A stretch of DNA of 13,524 bases from Oligoflexia bacterium (lineage in GTDB: Bacteria > Bdellovibrionota > Bdellovibrionia > JABDDW01): NCBI GenBank assembly GCA_043732305.1, contig JAYTHU010000096.1, forward strand, positions 1-13,524, written 5' to 3'. Below, piece by piece: positions 1-7,840 of this stretch. The notes under the pieces were generated by a model. The model did no database searches. It worked only from the letters and a program-made list of their open reading frames with translations, and had not been told where the DNA came from. Position 1 is the first letter of the stretch, and every line of letters starts with the position of its first letter. A program made the position numbers and the translations under genes.

Positions 1-396
1 GCTCTAGGAACCAGTCCGATTAGAAAAATAGTTATTCCCCGAATCATTGCGTGCACAATTGCACTTCCCCTGCTGGCAGCACTTGCGGACGTGATTGGAA
101 TCGGCAGTAGTGTTCTGATTGGTGTTTCAGAACTGGGACTTAATCCCATGTTTTATATTCAAAAAGTTCTTTCAACCGTTCTCATGATGGACTTTGTTTC
201 TGGAATTATTAAAGCTGTCTTCTTTGGATTTTTTATTGGTCTCGTAGGTTGTTACTACGGAATGCGCACTGATGGCGGAACTCAAGGAGTCGGAATTGCC
301 ACTACTAAATCAGTGGTCGTTTCATCGATGTTTGTGGTTATTGGAGATTTTTTCCTTACTAAAATGTTTTGGGTGATTGAGCGATGGACATCATAG
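1..396 (+). CDS. mlaE: MlaE-family ABC transporter permease (5'-truncated by window edge)
   Basis: Frame 1 is open from base 1 (ALGTSPIRKIVIPRIIACTIALPLL...), so the listed start at 91 is internal. Contains the MlaE signature KAVFFGFFIGLVGCYYG..TDGGTQGVGIATTKSVV. Overlaps mlaF. Confidence 0.93.
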   Translation, partial: ALGTSPIRKIVIPRIIACTIALPLLAALADVIGIGSSVLIGVSELGLNPMFYIQKVLSTVLMMDFVSGIIKAVFFGFFIGLVGCYYGMRTDGGTQGVGIATTKSVVVSSMFVVIGDFFLTKMFWVIERWTS

Positions 397-1115
397 AAGT
401 CAAAGGTTATCAGAAATCGTTTGGAACGAAGATCGTCCACAAAGACGTGAACTTCACCGTCAAAAAAGGCGAGTGTTTCGGTTTACTCGGTGGCTCGGGT
501 TCTGGCAAGAGCGTCATTTTGCGCAGTCTCATTGGTTTGGAAAAACCCAATGAAGGATCAATCTTCATCAACGGGCAAGATATTGTTCCTTTGACGGAAG
601 ATCAATTGGTCGATGTTAGAAAGAAAGTGGCTTACGTTTTTCAAGGCGGCGCTCTTTTTGATTCCATGAATGTTCAGGAAAATCTTTCTTATCCTTTGCG
701 CGAACACACGACTCTTTCTGAAAAAGAAATCAGAGAAAAAATAAGTAAAACACTCGGCGAGTTTGGTTTGGCCGGAAGCGAAAAACTGATGCCCGCAAGC
801 CTCAGTGGTGGAATGCAAAAACGAGTCGGACTTTTACGCGCAATCATAATGGGACCGGAAATCGTTTTGTATGATGAACCCACGGCAGGTCTTGATCCGT
901 TCAACACAAAGATAATTCAAGAGTCTATTTTGGTTTTAAAAAAACAAGGTGTGACCAGTATTTTGGTCACCCATGACATGCCCACAGCTTATGCGGTTTG
1001 CGATCGCATGGCTTTGCTCATGGGCGGATCAATCGCCGCTCAGGGATCGACTAAAGAACTCGCTCAAGACAAAAATAATATCATCCAGAAATTTATCAAT
1101 GGAGAAAAGAACTAA
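384..1115 (+). CDS. mlaF: MlaF-family ABC transporter ATP-binding protein
   Basis: Walker A GGSGSGKS, Q-loop VFQGGALFDSM, signature LSGGMQKRV, Walker B VLYDEPTAGLDP, H-loop VTHD. Lies between mlaE and an MCE gene. Confidence 0.95.
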   Translation: MDIIEVKGYQKSFGTKIVHKDVNFTVKKGECFGLLGGSGSGKSVILRSLIGLEKPNEGSIFINGQDIVPLTEDQLVDVRKKVAYVFQGGALFDSMNVQENLSYPLREHTTLSEKEIREKISKTLGEFGLAGSEKLMPASLSGGMQKRVGLLRAIIMGPEIVLYDEPTAGLDPFNTKIIQESILVLKKQGVTSILVTHDMPTAYAVCDRMALLMGGSIAAQGSTKELAQDKNNIIQKFINGEKN

Positions 1116-1915
1116 TGGAATCCAATGTTGGGATTGAAAGAAAAGTTGGAATATTCGTACTCGGCGGAATACTCATACTTATAATAGTGATATTTGCCCT
1201 TGGCGGCGATCGAGCTTTTTTCCGCAGCTACGAAAAAATGAAAATTTTGCTTCAAGAAACTTCAGGTCTTGGTGTTGGTGCCGTGGTGCAGATCTCGGGA
1301 CTTCCTGCGGGCAATGTTGTTGGAATCGATTTTGATCCAGAAACCGGAAAGCTCGCAGTTTCTCTCAAAATAGACAAGCGATACGCCGTGAAAATTACCC
1401 ATGGTTCCACTGCAAGCATCCGCACGCAGGGAGCACTTGGCGATAAATTTGTAATGATCACTCCCGGACCTTCAAACAATGAGCCTTTGGTTGAAGGCGG
1501 AATCATTCCTTCTGAAGAAGATTCTGATTTGCTTTCGACTTTAGGAAAGTCCGGCGGTCAGGTTGAAAAAGTTTTTGAAATCTTGGAAAGAATAAATGTG
1601 GTTTCCAAACAATTGGAACAAGGTGGTTTCGGATCTAATATTGCCGAGGCTACAAAAAATCTCAACCATAGTATGAAAAATTTAGATGAGCTCCTTGCGG
1701 GCAAACGTATGGGTAAAGCCTTGGATCATTTCGGAAGCATCTTAGAAAAAATTGATACTGGCCAAGGAACCCTCGGCGGACTTATCAATGATCCCACTGT
1801 GCACGAAGATCTCAAATCTATTTTGGGAGGAGCTAAACGTAGCAATCTACTCAAGTATCTTATTCGCCAAACCATCCAAAAAAGTGAAGACGAACAAGAG
1901 AAACCCAAGAAATAA
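1115..1915 (+). CDS. mlaD: MlaD/MCE-domain lipid-binding protein with helical C-terminal extension
   Basis: N-terminal TM (KVGIFVLGGILILIIVIFALG), MCE motifs GLGVGAVVQISGLPAGNV and IRTQGALGDKFVMITPG, helical tail with GQGTLGGLINDP. TAATG stop/start overlap with mlaF. Confidence 0.92.
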   Translation: MESNVGIERKVGIFVLGGILILIIVIFALGGDRAFFRSYEKMKILLQETSGLGVGAVVQISGLPAGNVVGIDFDPETGKLAVSLKIDKRYAVKITHGSTASIRTQGALGDKFVMITPGPSNNEPLVEGGIIPSEEDSDLLSTLGKSGGQVEKVFEILERINVVSKQLEQGGFGSNIAEATKNLNHSMKNLDELLAGKRMGKALDHFGSILEKIDTGQGTLGGLINDPTVHEDLKSILGGAKRSNLLKYLIRQTIQKSEDEQEKPKK

Positions 1916-2040
1916 ACCATTAACATAGCGCGTGTAATCTCTATCGGCGCGTTTTCACCAATATAGCGTTACAGAAGTAACTTGAGTTGCGTCTAAATTA
2001 CTTCGTGTGGAGGTGTCTGGTGATAAATTGAGCAGAAGCG

Positions 2041-2289
2041 GTGACGATCTACTCCCATAGCCCAATTCCGCTGATCGGAAAGGCCATGAAGTACACAACC
2101 ATTATTAAATTCCAACCAGAAACTACAAGCTTCAAATTTGAGAGAAACTACCATGCGGAAATCGCCATGCCTGACCAAACAGAGGTGATATATAATGGAG
2201 ATGCACTTTCTCGTAAAATGACCATCACCAGCGCGATACTAAAGAAAATCGAAATCAATAAAAGATATTTGAACCGTGCGTTTTCTTGA
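2041..2289 (+). CDS. Hypothetical protein, possibly a decayed gene fragment
   Basis: 82-aa ORF filling the gap between mlaD and dciA, with no recognised motif. An SD (GGAGGT 2009-2014) precedes an in-frame GTG at 2020, which is cut off by TGA at 2029-2031. Confidence 0.3.
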   Translation: MTIYSHSPIPLIGKAMKYTTIIKFQPETTSFKFERNYHAEIAMPDQTEVIYNGDALSRKMTITSAILKKIEINKRYLNRAFS

Positions 2290-2353
2290 CTTTGACGGAT
2301 GCAGTATGAAATTTATCAATCACTACTGCAGCAAAATCCTCAAATCAAATAAT

Positions 2354-2767
2354 CTATAGATTCTTGTCTTCTTTGCGGCGCAATTCTGCTTCAAGTTTTT
2401 CGGTGTCGGTGCGTCCCTGCTCTTGGCCAAGTTCATCTAAGTTATCTTTGATTTGTCGATGATCGAGTGTGAAACGAATTTCTCGGGCCCAACCAGCCCC
2501 CATTTCTAGATTTATTTTTTTCAAAATTTCTTTGCGCGCGTAAAAAAGCTGATTCATCCACGTGGAACTCGTCACCCAAATGTGGAGAATTTTATGTGCA
2601 AAAGAAATAGGTGAAGTTTTAGCGGCAATGGTCGGCCCAACAATTTTTTCCCAATCCGTTTTGAGACGATAACGTTGGAAATCTTGAGCCAAAGGAGTTT
2701 TTCCTTTGGAAAGTAGTTTCTCCAAAACATCCATAGCCGAAAAAATTTCATCTTTTTTCTTATTCAT
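2354..2767 (-). CDS. dciA: DciA / DUF721 family protein (replicative helicase loader)
   Basis: Typical DUF721 pattern WEKIVGPTIAAKTSP...LHIWVTSSTWMNQLFYARKEILKKIN...IRF, with a charged, probably disordered C-terminal tail. Confidence 0.85.
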   Translation of the reverse strand: MNKKKDEIFSAMDVLEKLLSKGKTPLAQDFQRYRLKTDWEKIVGPTIAAKTSPISFAHKILHIWVTSSTWMNQLFYARKEILKKINLEMGAGWAREIRFTLDHRQIKDNLDELGQEQGRTDTEKLEAELRRKEDKNL

Positions 2768-2776
2768 TTGCCCCTG

Positions 2777-2785
2777 ATCATAGCA
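2777..2785 (-). promoter_or_regulatory. Candidate extended -10 sigma70 promoter (TGnTATGAT) for dciA
   Basis: Minus strand reads TGCTATGAT about 10 nt upstream of the dciA ATG, implying a very short leader. Motif match only. Confidence 0.35.
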
Positions 2786-2835
2786 TGAGGATTGGCTGTT
2801 GCCGCGTCGTGTATATTATGTTACCCCTTTTGCCT

Positions 2836-4179
2836 ATGTCTATCAAAACTGATTCAAATATTGCCGAGAAATTTTCACGACCAATTCATATCGTAGGTGC
2901 CGGCCTTGCTGGCTCTGAGTGCGCTCTTCAATTGGCCAAACGTGGTCACGAGGTATTTCTTTACGAAATGCGCCCACTTCAGAGCACTCCCGCACACAAG
3001 ACCGGTGATTGCGCAGAGCTTGTTTGCTCCAATAGCCTAGGCAGTATTCAGGAACCCGCGTCTCCCGCTCAACTCAAATGGGAAATGGAAAAGTTGGACA
3101 GCGTGATTTTAAAATCAGCTCACAACAATGCCGTTCCTGCAGGACAAGCTCTCAGTGTGGATAGAGTTTTGTTTGCACAAGAAATCTCGCGATTGATCGA
3201 TGAAAATCCAAAAATTCATCGAGTCGACAAAGTGATTCAAAATCTTTCTGAAGTTCCACGCCCTACAGTCATCGCGACTGGCCCACTCACTCACGAATCT
3301 TTAGCAGAAGACATGCGCCTGCATTTTGGTGGAGATTTCCTTTATTTCTTCGATGCGATTGCGCCAATCATTGATGCTGATAGCATCAACATGGACATTT
3401 GTTTCAAAGCAAGTCGATATGATAAAGGTGGGGCGGATTACATCAATTGCCCAATGGACAAAGAACAATACTACAAGTTGATTGAGGAAATCTCAAAAGC
3501 TGAAGTGACCATGCCCAAGGAATTTGAAAAAACAAATTATTTTGAGTCGTGTTTGCCCGTGGAAGTTATTGTGGAACGTGGACCTTTGACACTTGCGTTT
3601 GGTCCCTGCAAGCCCCGAGGATTAGCAAATCCTCGAACGGGACGTGAGCCTTTTGCAGTTGTTCAATTGAGACAAGAAAACAAGCATGCCACGTCTTACA
3701 ACATGGTTGGTTTTCAAACCAAGATGAAATATCCAGAGCAAAAGCGAGTTTTCAGAATGATCCCCGGGTTAGAAAATGCTGAGTTTTTGAAACTTGGAAG
3801 TTTGCATAGAAACTTATTTCTCAACACGCCAAAACTTCTCACACCCTATTTGCAATCGAAGTCCGATCCAGAATTATTTTTTGCTGGGCAGATCACCGGT
3901 GTCGAAGGTTATTTTGAATCGACCTGCACGGGAATGCTAGTGGCTCTCTTTTTGGATCGCTATCTGACCAACGGAGATCTCGCACAAAGTTTAATTCCAC
4001 CGGTTGAATCGGCACTTGGTGCACTCCATGGCGCAATCACTGAACATAAAGAAAATTTCCAACCTACAAATATCAATTGGGGATTATTTCCTCCGATGAA
4101 TGTGAAAAAACATTTAAAGAAAGAAGCTCTCATCGCTCGCGCAAAAGAGTCGTTCACAAGTTGGCAAACTCGCCTGTAA
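2836..4179 (+). CDS. trmFO: Methylenetetrahydrofolate--tRNA-(uracil-54-C5)-methyltransferase TrmFO (Gid)
   Basis: FAD-binding IVGAGLAGSECA, ELVCSNSL, YFFDAIAPI, YFESCLPVE, YNMVGFQT and AGQITGVEGY. Start moved from 2785 to the ATG at 2836, because the extra N-terminus crosses the divergent promoter region. Confidence 0.96.
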   Translation: MSIKTDSNIAEKFSRPIHIVGAGLAGSECALQLAKRGHEVFLYEMRPLQSTPAHKTGDCAELVCSNSLGSIQEPASPAQLKWEMEKLDSVILKSAHNNAVPAGQALSVDRVLFAQEISRLIDENPKIHRVDKVIQNLSEVPRPTVIATGPLTHESLAEDMRLHFGGDFLYFFDAIAPIIDADSINMDICFKASRYDKGGADYINCPMDKEQYYKLIEEISKAEVTMPKEFEKTNYFESCLPVEVIVERGPLTLAFGPCKPRGLANPRTGREPFAVVQLRQENKHATSYNMVGFQTKMKYPEQKRVFRMIPGLENAEFLKLGSLHRNLFLNTPKLLTPYLQSKSDPELFFAGQITGVEGYFESTCTGMLVALFLDRYLTNGDLAQSLIPPVESALGALHGAITEHKENFQPTNINWGLFPPMNVKKHLKKEALIARAKESFTSWQTRL

Positions 4180-4297
4180 CGTATTTCTTGTTTTAACGTC
4201 AGGGGGAGGGGGCCGGTCGTGAAATCATTTTTTAGGTATTCTATTGTCTTTTATTTCGGGCACAGGGGCAATAGCTCACGAGTGAGGTGATATTTTA

Positions 4298-4732
4298 ATG
4301 AATGGCCTAAACCCATCACCAACAAGTCATATTGAAATTACCGCAAATCTTGATCGACTTCTCCCTGACTCATTCGGCCCCGCCGAGTTAGGATTAACAA
4401 GCACGCTTTTAGATTCAGAAGTGCTGAAGATGTCTTCATTGGCTCATACAAGTTTAGAAAAGCAAGCAGTAGTGGCATTGCAAATTTCGAGCGGAGAAAT
4501 ATTCATGGGAATGAATATTGAAAATGCGGCGTTCAATCCAGGTCTTTCTCCATTTCAAATAGCATTGATAAATTTGGTATCGAAAGGCCATGCCTACAAT
4601 GAAATATCAAAAGCAGTACTAACCGAAGAATTAAAAATAGATAGTGCTGGCCAGGGATCCGGAATGAGAATCCTGCTAAAAGCTATTTCGCCCCTCGCAA
4701 AATTCAAAATTATACCCATACACCGCCTCTAA
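4298..4732 (+). CDS. cdd: Truncated cytidine deaminase: only the C-terminal non-catalytic domain of the E. coli-type dimeric Cdd (possible pseudogene remnant)
   Basis: LDRLLPDSFGPAELG, VALQISSGEIFMGMNIENAAFNPGLSPFQIALINL and ISKAVLTE match the C-terminal half of E. coli-type Cdd (LPDAFGP, ENAAFNP). The HAE and PCGHC zinc motifs are absent. SD GAGGTG at 4284-4289. Confidence 0.7.
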   Translation: MNGLNPSPTSHIEITANLDRLLPDSFGPAELGLTSTLLDSEVLKMSSLAHTSLEKQAVVALQISSGEIFMGMNIENAAFNPGLSPFQIALINLVSKGHAYNEISKAVLTEELKIDSAGQGSGMRILLKAISPLAKFKIIPIHRL

Positions 4733-4744
4733 TCCATCACAACT

Positions 4745-4780
4745 CCGGATGAGGTACGGCGTACCTTATGCGGGTTTTTT
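4745..4780 (+). terminator. Intrinsic terminator-like hairpin after cdd, overlapping the 3' end of the convergent HD-GYP gene
   Basis: CCG-G-ATGAGGTAC-GGC-GTACCTTAT-G-CGG hairpin (one G-U pair, one mismatch) followed by G-TTTTTT (4775-4780). Confidence 0.6.
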
Positions 4781-6244
4781 CTTGCGTTTGCGGCGTTTGG
4801 TGTCGGACATGTCGACGGCCTCGGGGTTTGCGGGCATTTGCACGGGATGCGAGAAAATTTCGGTGACACTGTTGATATCAATAAGATTTAGATTGGGCGG
4901 GCAAACGAGATCTCGAAGCTTCACAAGCATGTCGTTGTCACAAATTTCTTTTGGCTTGTTGCCTTCAATCATCTTGCCCAGTGCATCGGCCGGCGAAAGT
5001 GTCATTTGATCTGGTTTCACACACGTCAATTTGTCTAGCATGTTTGCAATTTGCACAATGCGAGCGCAAATATGAATTTGATCTTTCTTTAGGCGGGTTG
5101 GATATCCGGTTCCATCCATGTGCTCGTGATGCTGAACTATAATTGCTTTAACAATGTCAGATGCCAAATTTTTCTTATCCTCAAGAATCTTGATTCCCGC
5201 CGTCGTGTGAGTTTGATACAACTCTTTTTCCGCTTCAGTCATTTTGCTGTCTTCTTTATAAGCAAGATCTTTGGGCAACGTCGAAATACCAATGTCATGT
5301 AATAGCGCGCCGATAGAAATGGACTCAGTCTCATCGACTCCGAGAGCCAGCGCAAACAAAACGGAAAAAACAGAAACATTGATGGCATGGTTATACTGGG
5401 TGCTGCTCTGAGCGGTGTAATGAAGCAATTGCGCATAAACATCAGATTTAGGATTAATTTCCGTGATGAATTTCCCGACGACTTGCTTGCAAGTTTCTAG
5501 AGCAACACGACTTTTCGAATAATCAAATTGACTGGTGTCAAAAAATTTTCCAAAAACTTCTTTCACTTCGCCTCGCAATTTCTTTCTTCGCTCAGTCACA
5601 GACATTCCGCGATCACCGTAAGCATCGGCAAGCTTTTTAGCTAAATAATCTGTCACCATGTGCATTTCATTTTTTCGAACATAAAGATCGTGCACATGAA
5701 ATTTCTCGAAGCTTGAAATTTGTCCTGCTGTTAGAGCAGAATTTTTACGCCGATACAGAAGAATTTTTTGATTTTTAGGCATATAGAGATAAAGGTCGAA
5801 TTTGAATTTATCTGAAGCTTTAATATCACTCAAACTTATAGGATTGAGATGATTGAGTTTGAGGTTTTTAACTTGAATCTCGATGGGTGCAAACTCCAAA
5901 AGATAGTTGAGCAAAAGCTCATCTTCGAAGGGGCGTTGCAGGAATCGCATGCCTTGTTTTCGTCCGCCAATTTGATCAAAATCGAATGAGAGCTTATTGT
6001 TGTACACTACAATAATACGAGAACTATTGTATTTGCGGTAAGCCGTGTCGTAGGCTTGGAAGAGATCAATTTTATTATCCGCAGCTTCTATAATAATCAC
6101 GGCGGGACGGTATTGATTTTCGAGAGCAAGAATTTCCTTGGAATCGCCCACTTGTCTAAAAGTGTAATCAATCCCCACAACGAGCTCTTGGATCTCGTCT
6201 TTGAATTTCAAATTTTTACTGCAAAGCAGTATCTTATTGAACAC
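4766..6244 (-). CDS. HD-GYP domain protein (c-di-GMP phosphodiesterase-like, degenerate) with N-terminal pseudo-receiver domain
   Basis: YNHAINV, GALLHDIG, HT..G..IL and QHHEHMDGTGYP motifs. The N-terminus has a receiver-like layout (KILLCS, PAVIIIE, FLQRPF). GTG start with SD AGAGGAG upstream. Confidence 0.88.
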   Translation of the reverse strand: MFNKILLCSKNLKFKDEIQELVVGIDYTFRQVGDSKEILALENQYRPAVIIIEAADNKIDLFQAYDTAYRKYNSSRIIVVYNNKLSFDFDQIGGRKQGMRFLQRPFEDELLLNYLLEFAPIEIQVKNLKLNHLNPISLSDIKASDKFKFDLYLYMPKNQKILLYRRKNSALTAGQISSFEKFHVHDLYVRKNEMHMVTDYLAKKLADAYGDRGMSVTERRKKLRGEVKEVFGKFFDTSQFDYSKSRVALETCKQVVGKFITEINPKSDVYAQLLHYTAQSSTQYNHAINVSVFSVLFALALGVDETESISIGALLHDIGISTLPKDLAYKEDSKMTEAEKELYQTHTTAGIKILEDKKNLASDIVKAIIVQHHEHMDGTGYPTRLKKDQIHICARIVQIANMLDKLTCVKPDQMTLSPADALGKMIEGNKPKEICDNDMLVKLRDLVCPPNLNLIDINSVTEIFSHPVQMPANPEAVDMSDTKRRKRKKKPA

Positions 6245-6268
6245 GCGTTCTCCTCTTACCTGTTCTAG

Positions 6269-6295
6269 CTATCGGTTGTTAACCCTGTTTGTATA
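6269..6295 (-). promoter_or_regulatory. Candidate sigma28 (FliA) promoter for the HD-GYP gene
   Basis: Minus strand TATA-N15-ACCGATAG versus consensus TAAA-N15-GCCGATAA, placed just upstream of the SD. Confidence 0.5.
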
Positions 6296-6342
6296 AGGTC
6301 AGACGGAAGGACTAGACTTTGGGCTAGCGAAAAACAAAATGT

Positions 6343-7146
6343 TCAGTTGGGCCTTTTAATAAACTGCTCCAATATTTTCGGAGCAAATCGGGAAAGATAC
6401 ATAGCAACACTCCCGTCAAAAGTGGGAATGATCCAAAATTTATTCTTGCCTAACGACTTCATGAGAACTTGAGACACTTCTTCAGCCGTCACGACCTTAG
6501 CTTTTTCTTCCATCTTCAAAACTTCGGGTGGCTTGATTTGATTTTCTCGATCAAGTCCTGGAGTCTTGGTGTTTGGAGGACATAAGACAGAAACAGAGAT
6601 GCCATCTTTTTTTAGTTCAGAAAGAAGCGCTTGAGAAAACCCAACCACGGCATATTTACTTGCGCAGTATCCCGTATATCCAAACAAACCCATAAATCCG
6701 GCCAAGGAAGAAGTATTGATGATCTGAGCCTTCTTTCCAGCACGCAGAAAATGTGGGACTAACACACGACACGTGTTCACAATCCCAAAGAAATTTACGT
6801 CCATCATGTTGCGGTAAGTTTCCGTCGAAAGTTCGGTGATGTAACCAGGATGAGCAAAGCCAGCGCAATTGATTAAATAATCGGGCACGCCCACCTTATC
6901 TATCAGAGCTTCGAGGTTTGCCGCAATCGAAGCATCATCCGCGACATCGGCGGACAAACTCTGAATTATCTGGGTGGGATTTTTAACGAACTTCTTAATT
7001 TCAGCCACAGCTTGATCTAACTTGTTTTGGTTTCGAGAAATAACCACGACGTTAGCCCCGCCTGCCGCCATGTCTTTTGCGACCGCTAAACCAATTCCTT
7101 CTGAACCACCTGTGACAAAAGCTAACTTCTGATTTAAATTTTCCAT
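6343..7146 (-). CDS. Classical SDR oxidoreductase, 3-ketodihydrosphingosine reductase (KDSR)-like
   Basis: TGGSEGIG, NCAG, catalytic S..YCASK, plus the KDSR-type segment PPNTKTPGLDRENQIKP. Start placed at ATG 7146; TTG 7161 is an alternative. Confidence 0.88.
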   Translation of the reverse strand: MENLNQKLAFVTGGSEGIGLAVAKDMAAGGANVVVISRNQNKLDQAVAEIKKFVKNPTQIIQSLSADVADDASIAANLEALIDKVGVPDYLINCAGFAHPGYITELSTETYRNMMDVNFFGIVNTCRVLVPHFLRAGKKAQIINTSSLAGFMGLFGYTGYCASKYAVVGFSQALLSELKKDGISVSVLCPPNTKTPGLDRENQIKPPEVLKMEEKAKVVTAEEVSQVLMKSLGKNKFWIIPTFDGSVAMYLSRFAPKILEQFIKRPN

Positions 7147-7289
7147 GCTTTGAATTACCAATTGAAAATGAAAAAGTCCAGATGCATAACGCCTGTCTTC
7201 GTTACCCCGAAACTGGACTAGCCTTTAAACAACTCCGATTGACATTCAAGCTCGTAAGGTGTGTCCTATCATAGAGGATGGGGAGGATT

Positions 7290-7781
7290 ATGAAGAATCT
7301 GGACTGGGTGCGCGAACTAGTTGAATCTGAAAGACGCATGGAAGAAACGGGCATCATTGACATCTCTGCTATGCAAGATGAGCAAAAAGATCTCCATGAC
7401 AAAACCATCGAATATTTGAAATCCTTGAAAGAAGTTTTTATGGATTACACTACCGCTTTTAACAACATGAAAAATTCGCCGATCGGAACCGTAAAAATTT
7501 ACGGCATTTCCAACACCGCAACCGATTTCATGCTGTTCAGAAATGGTTATAAGCTTTTATTTTCTGCCATTGCGCCTGGACGTATTGCAATGTCCTTTCA
7601 GAGCCAAACTCCAAGTCTTATGCCTTCTATGAATCCGCTCGCGGCTGCAGCGGAGGAGTATTTGGATGCGCAAATGGGAGCATTTGGTGAAATCACTTGG
7701 ACTTATCGCGGAGCCGTAGTGAATCCAGATTCACTCGTTCGCTATTACTCCACTCGCTTCATTCGAGACAGCGCTAAATAA
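7290..7781 (+). CDS. Hypothetical cytoplasmic protein
   Basis: Well-formed ORF (helical N-terminus, beta-rich C-terminus) with a purine-rich SD region at 7274-7287. ATG 7278 is an alternative start. Followed by a strong hairpin. Confidence 0.8.
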   Translation: MKNLDWVRELVESERRMEETGIIDISAMQDEQKDLHDKTIEYLKSLKEVFMDYTTAFNNMKNSPIGTVKIYGISNTATDFMLFRNGYKLLFSAIAPGRIAMSFQSQTPSLMPSMNPLAAAAEEYLDAQMGAFGEITWTYRGAVVNPDSLVRYYSTRFIRDSAK

Positions 7782-7801
7782 GAGTCATTATAACTAGTTA
7801 G

Positions 7802-7837
7802 CCGGAGCCAAAATAATCGTCATTATTTTGGCTCCGG
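7802..7837. terminator. Perfect 16-bp inverted repeat (probable terminator or stabilising hairpin)
   Basis: CCGGAGCCAAAATAAT-cgtc-ATTATTTTGGCTCCGG, 20 nt after the stop at 7781. No canonical U-tract follows. Confidence 0.65.
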
Positions 7838-7840
7838 GTA

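Noticed and set aside
558..1926. Antisense ORFs 558-818, 689-907, 1252-1506 and 1726-1926
   Set aside because: They are shadows of well-supported mlaF/mlaD, with no motifs.
1941..1965. GCCGATAG sigma28 -10-like box on the minus strand, pointing antisense into mlaD
   Set aside because: No properly spaced -35 and no gene downstream. The same word occurs by chance inside the HD-GYP coding region.
2029..2031. In-frame TGA codons (here and at 4283) as selenocysteine or an alternative genetic code
   Set aside because: TGA is a normal stop for several genes in this window (SDR, kinase, CFI protein), and I see no SECIS-like element or redox motif context.
4769..4800. KRRKRKKK read as a nuclear localisation signal of a host-targeted effector
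   Set aside because: The protein is a cytoplasmic signalling type with no secretion signal, and the run is partly explained by terminator overlap.
3960..6868. Short ORFs overlapping trmFO, HD-GYP and the SDR (3960-4157, 4749-5009, 4951-5142, 5120-5302, 5239-5442, 6056-6268, 6656-6868)
   Set aside because: They overlap confident genes in antisense or alternate frames and have no recognisable features.
7239..7272. Perfect TTGACA with downstream TATCAT
   Set aside because: The 22-nt spacer is too long for a sigma70 promoter.
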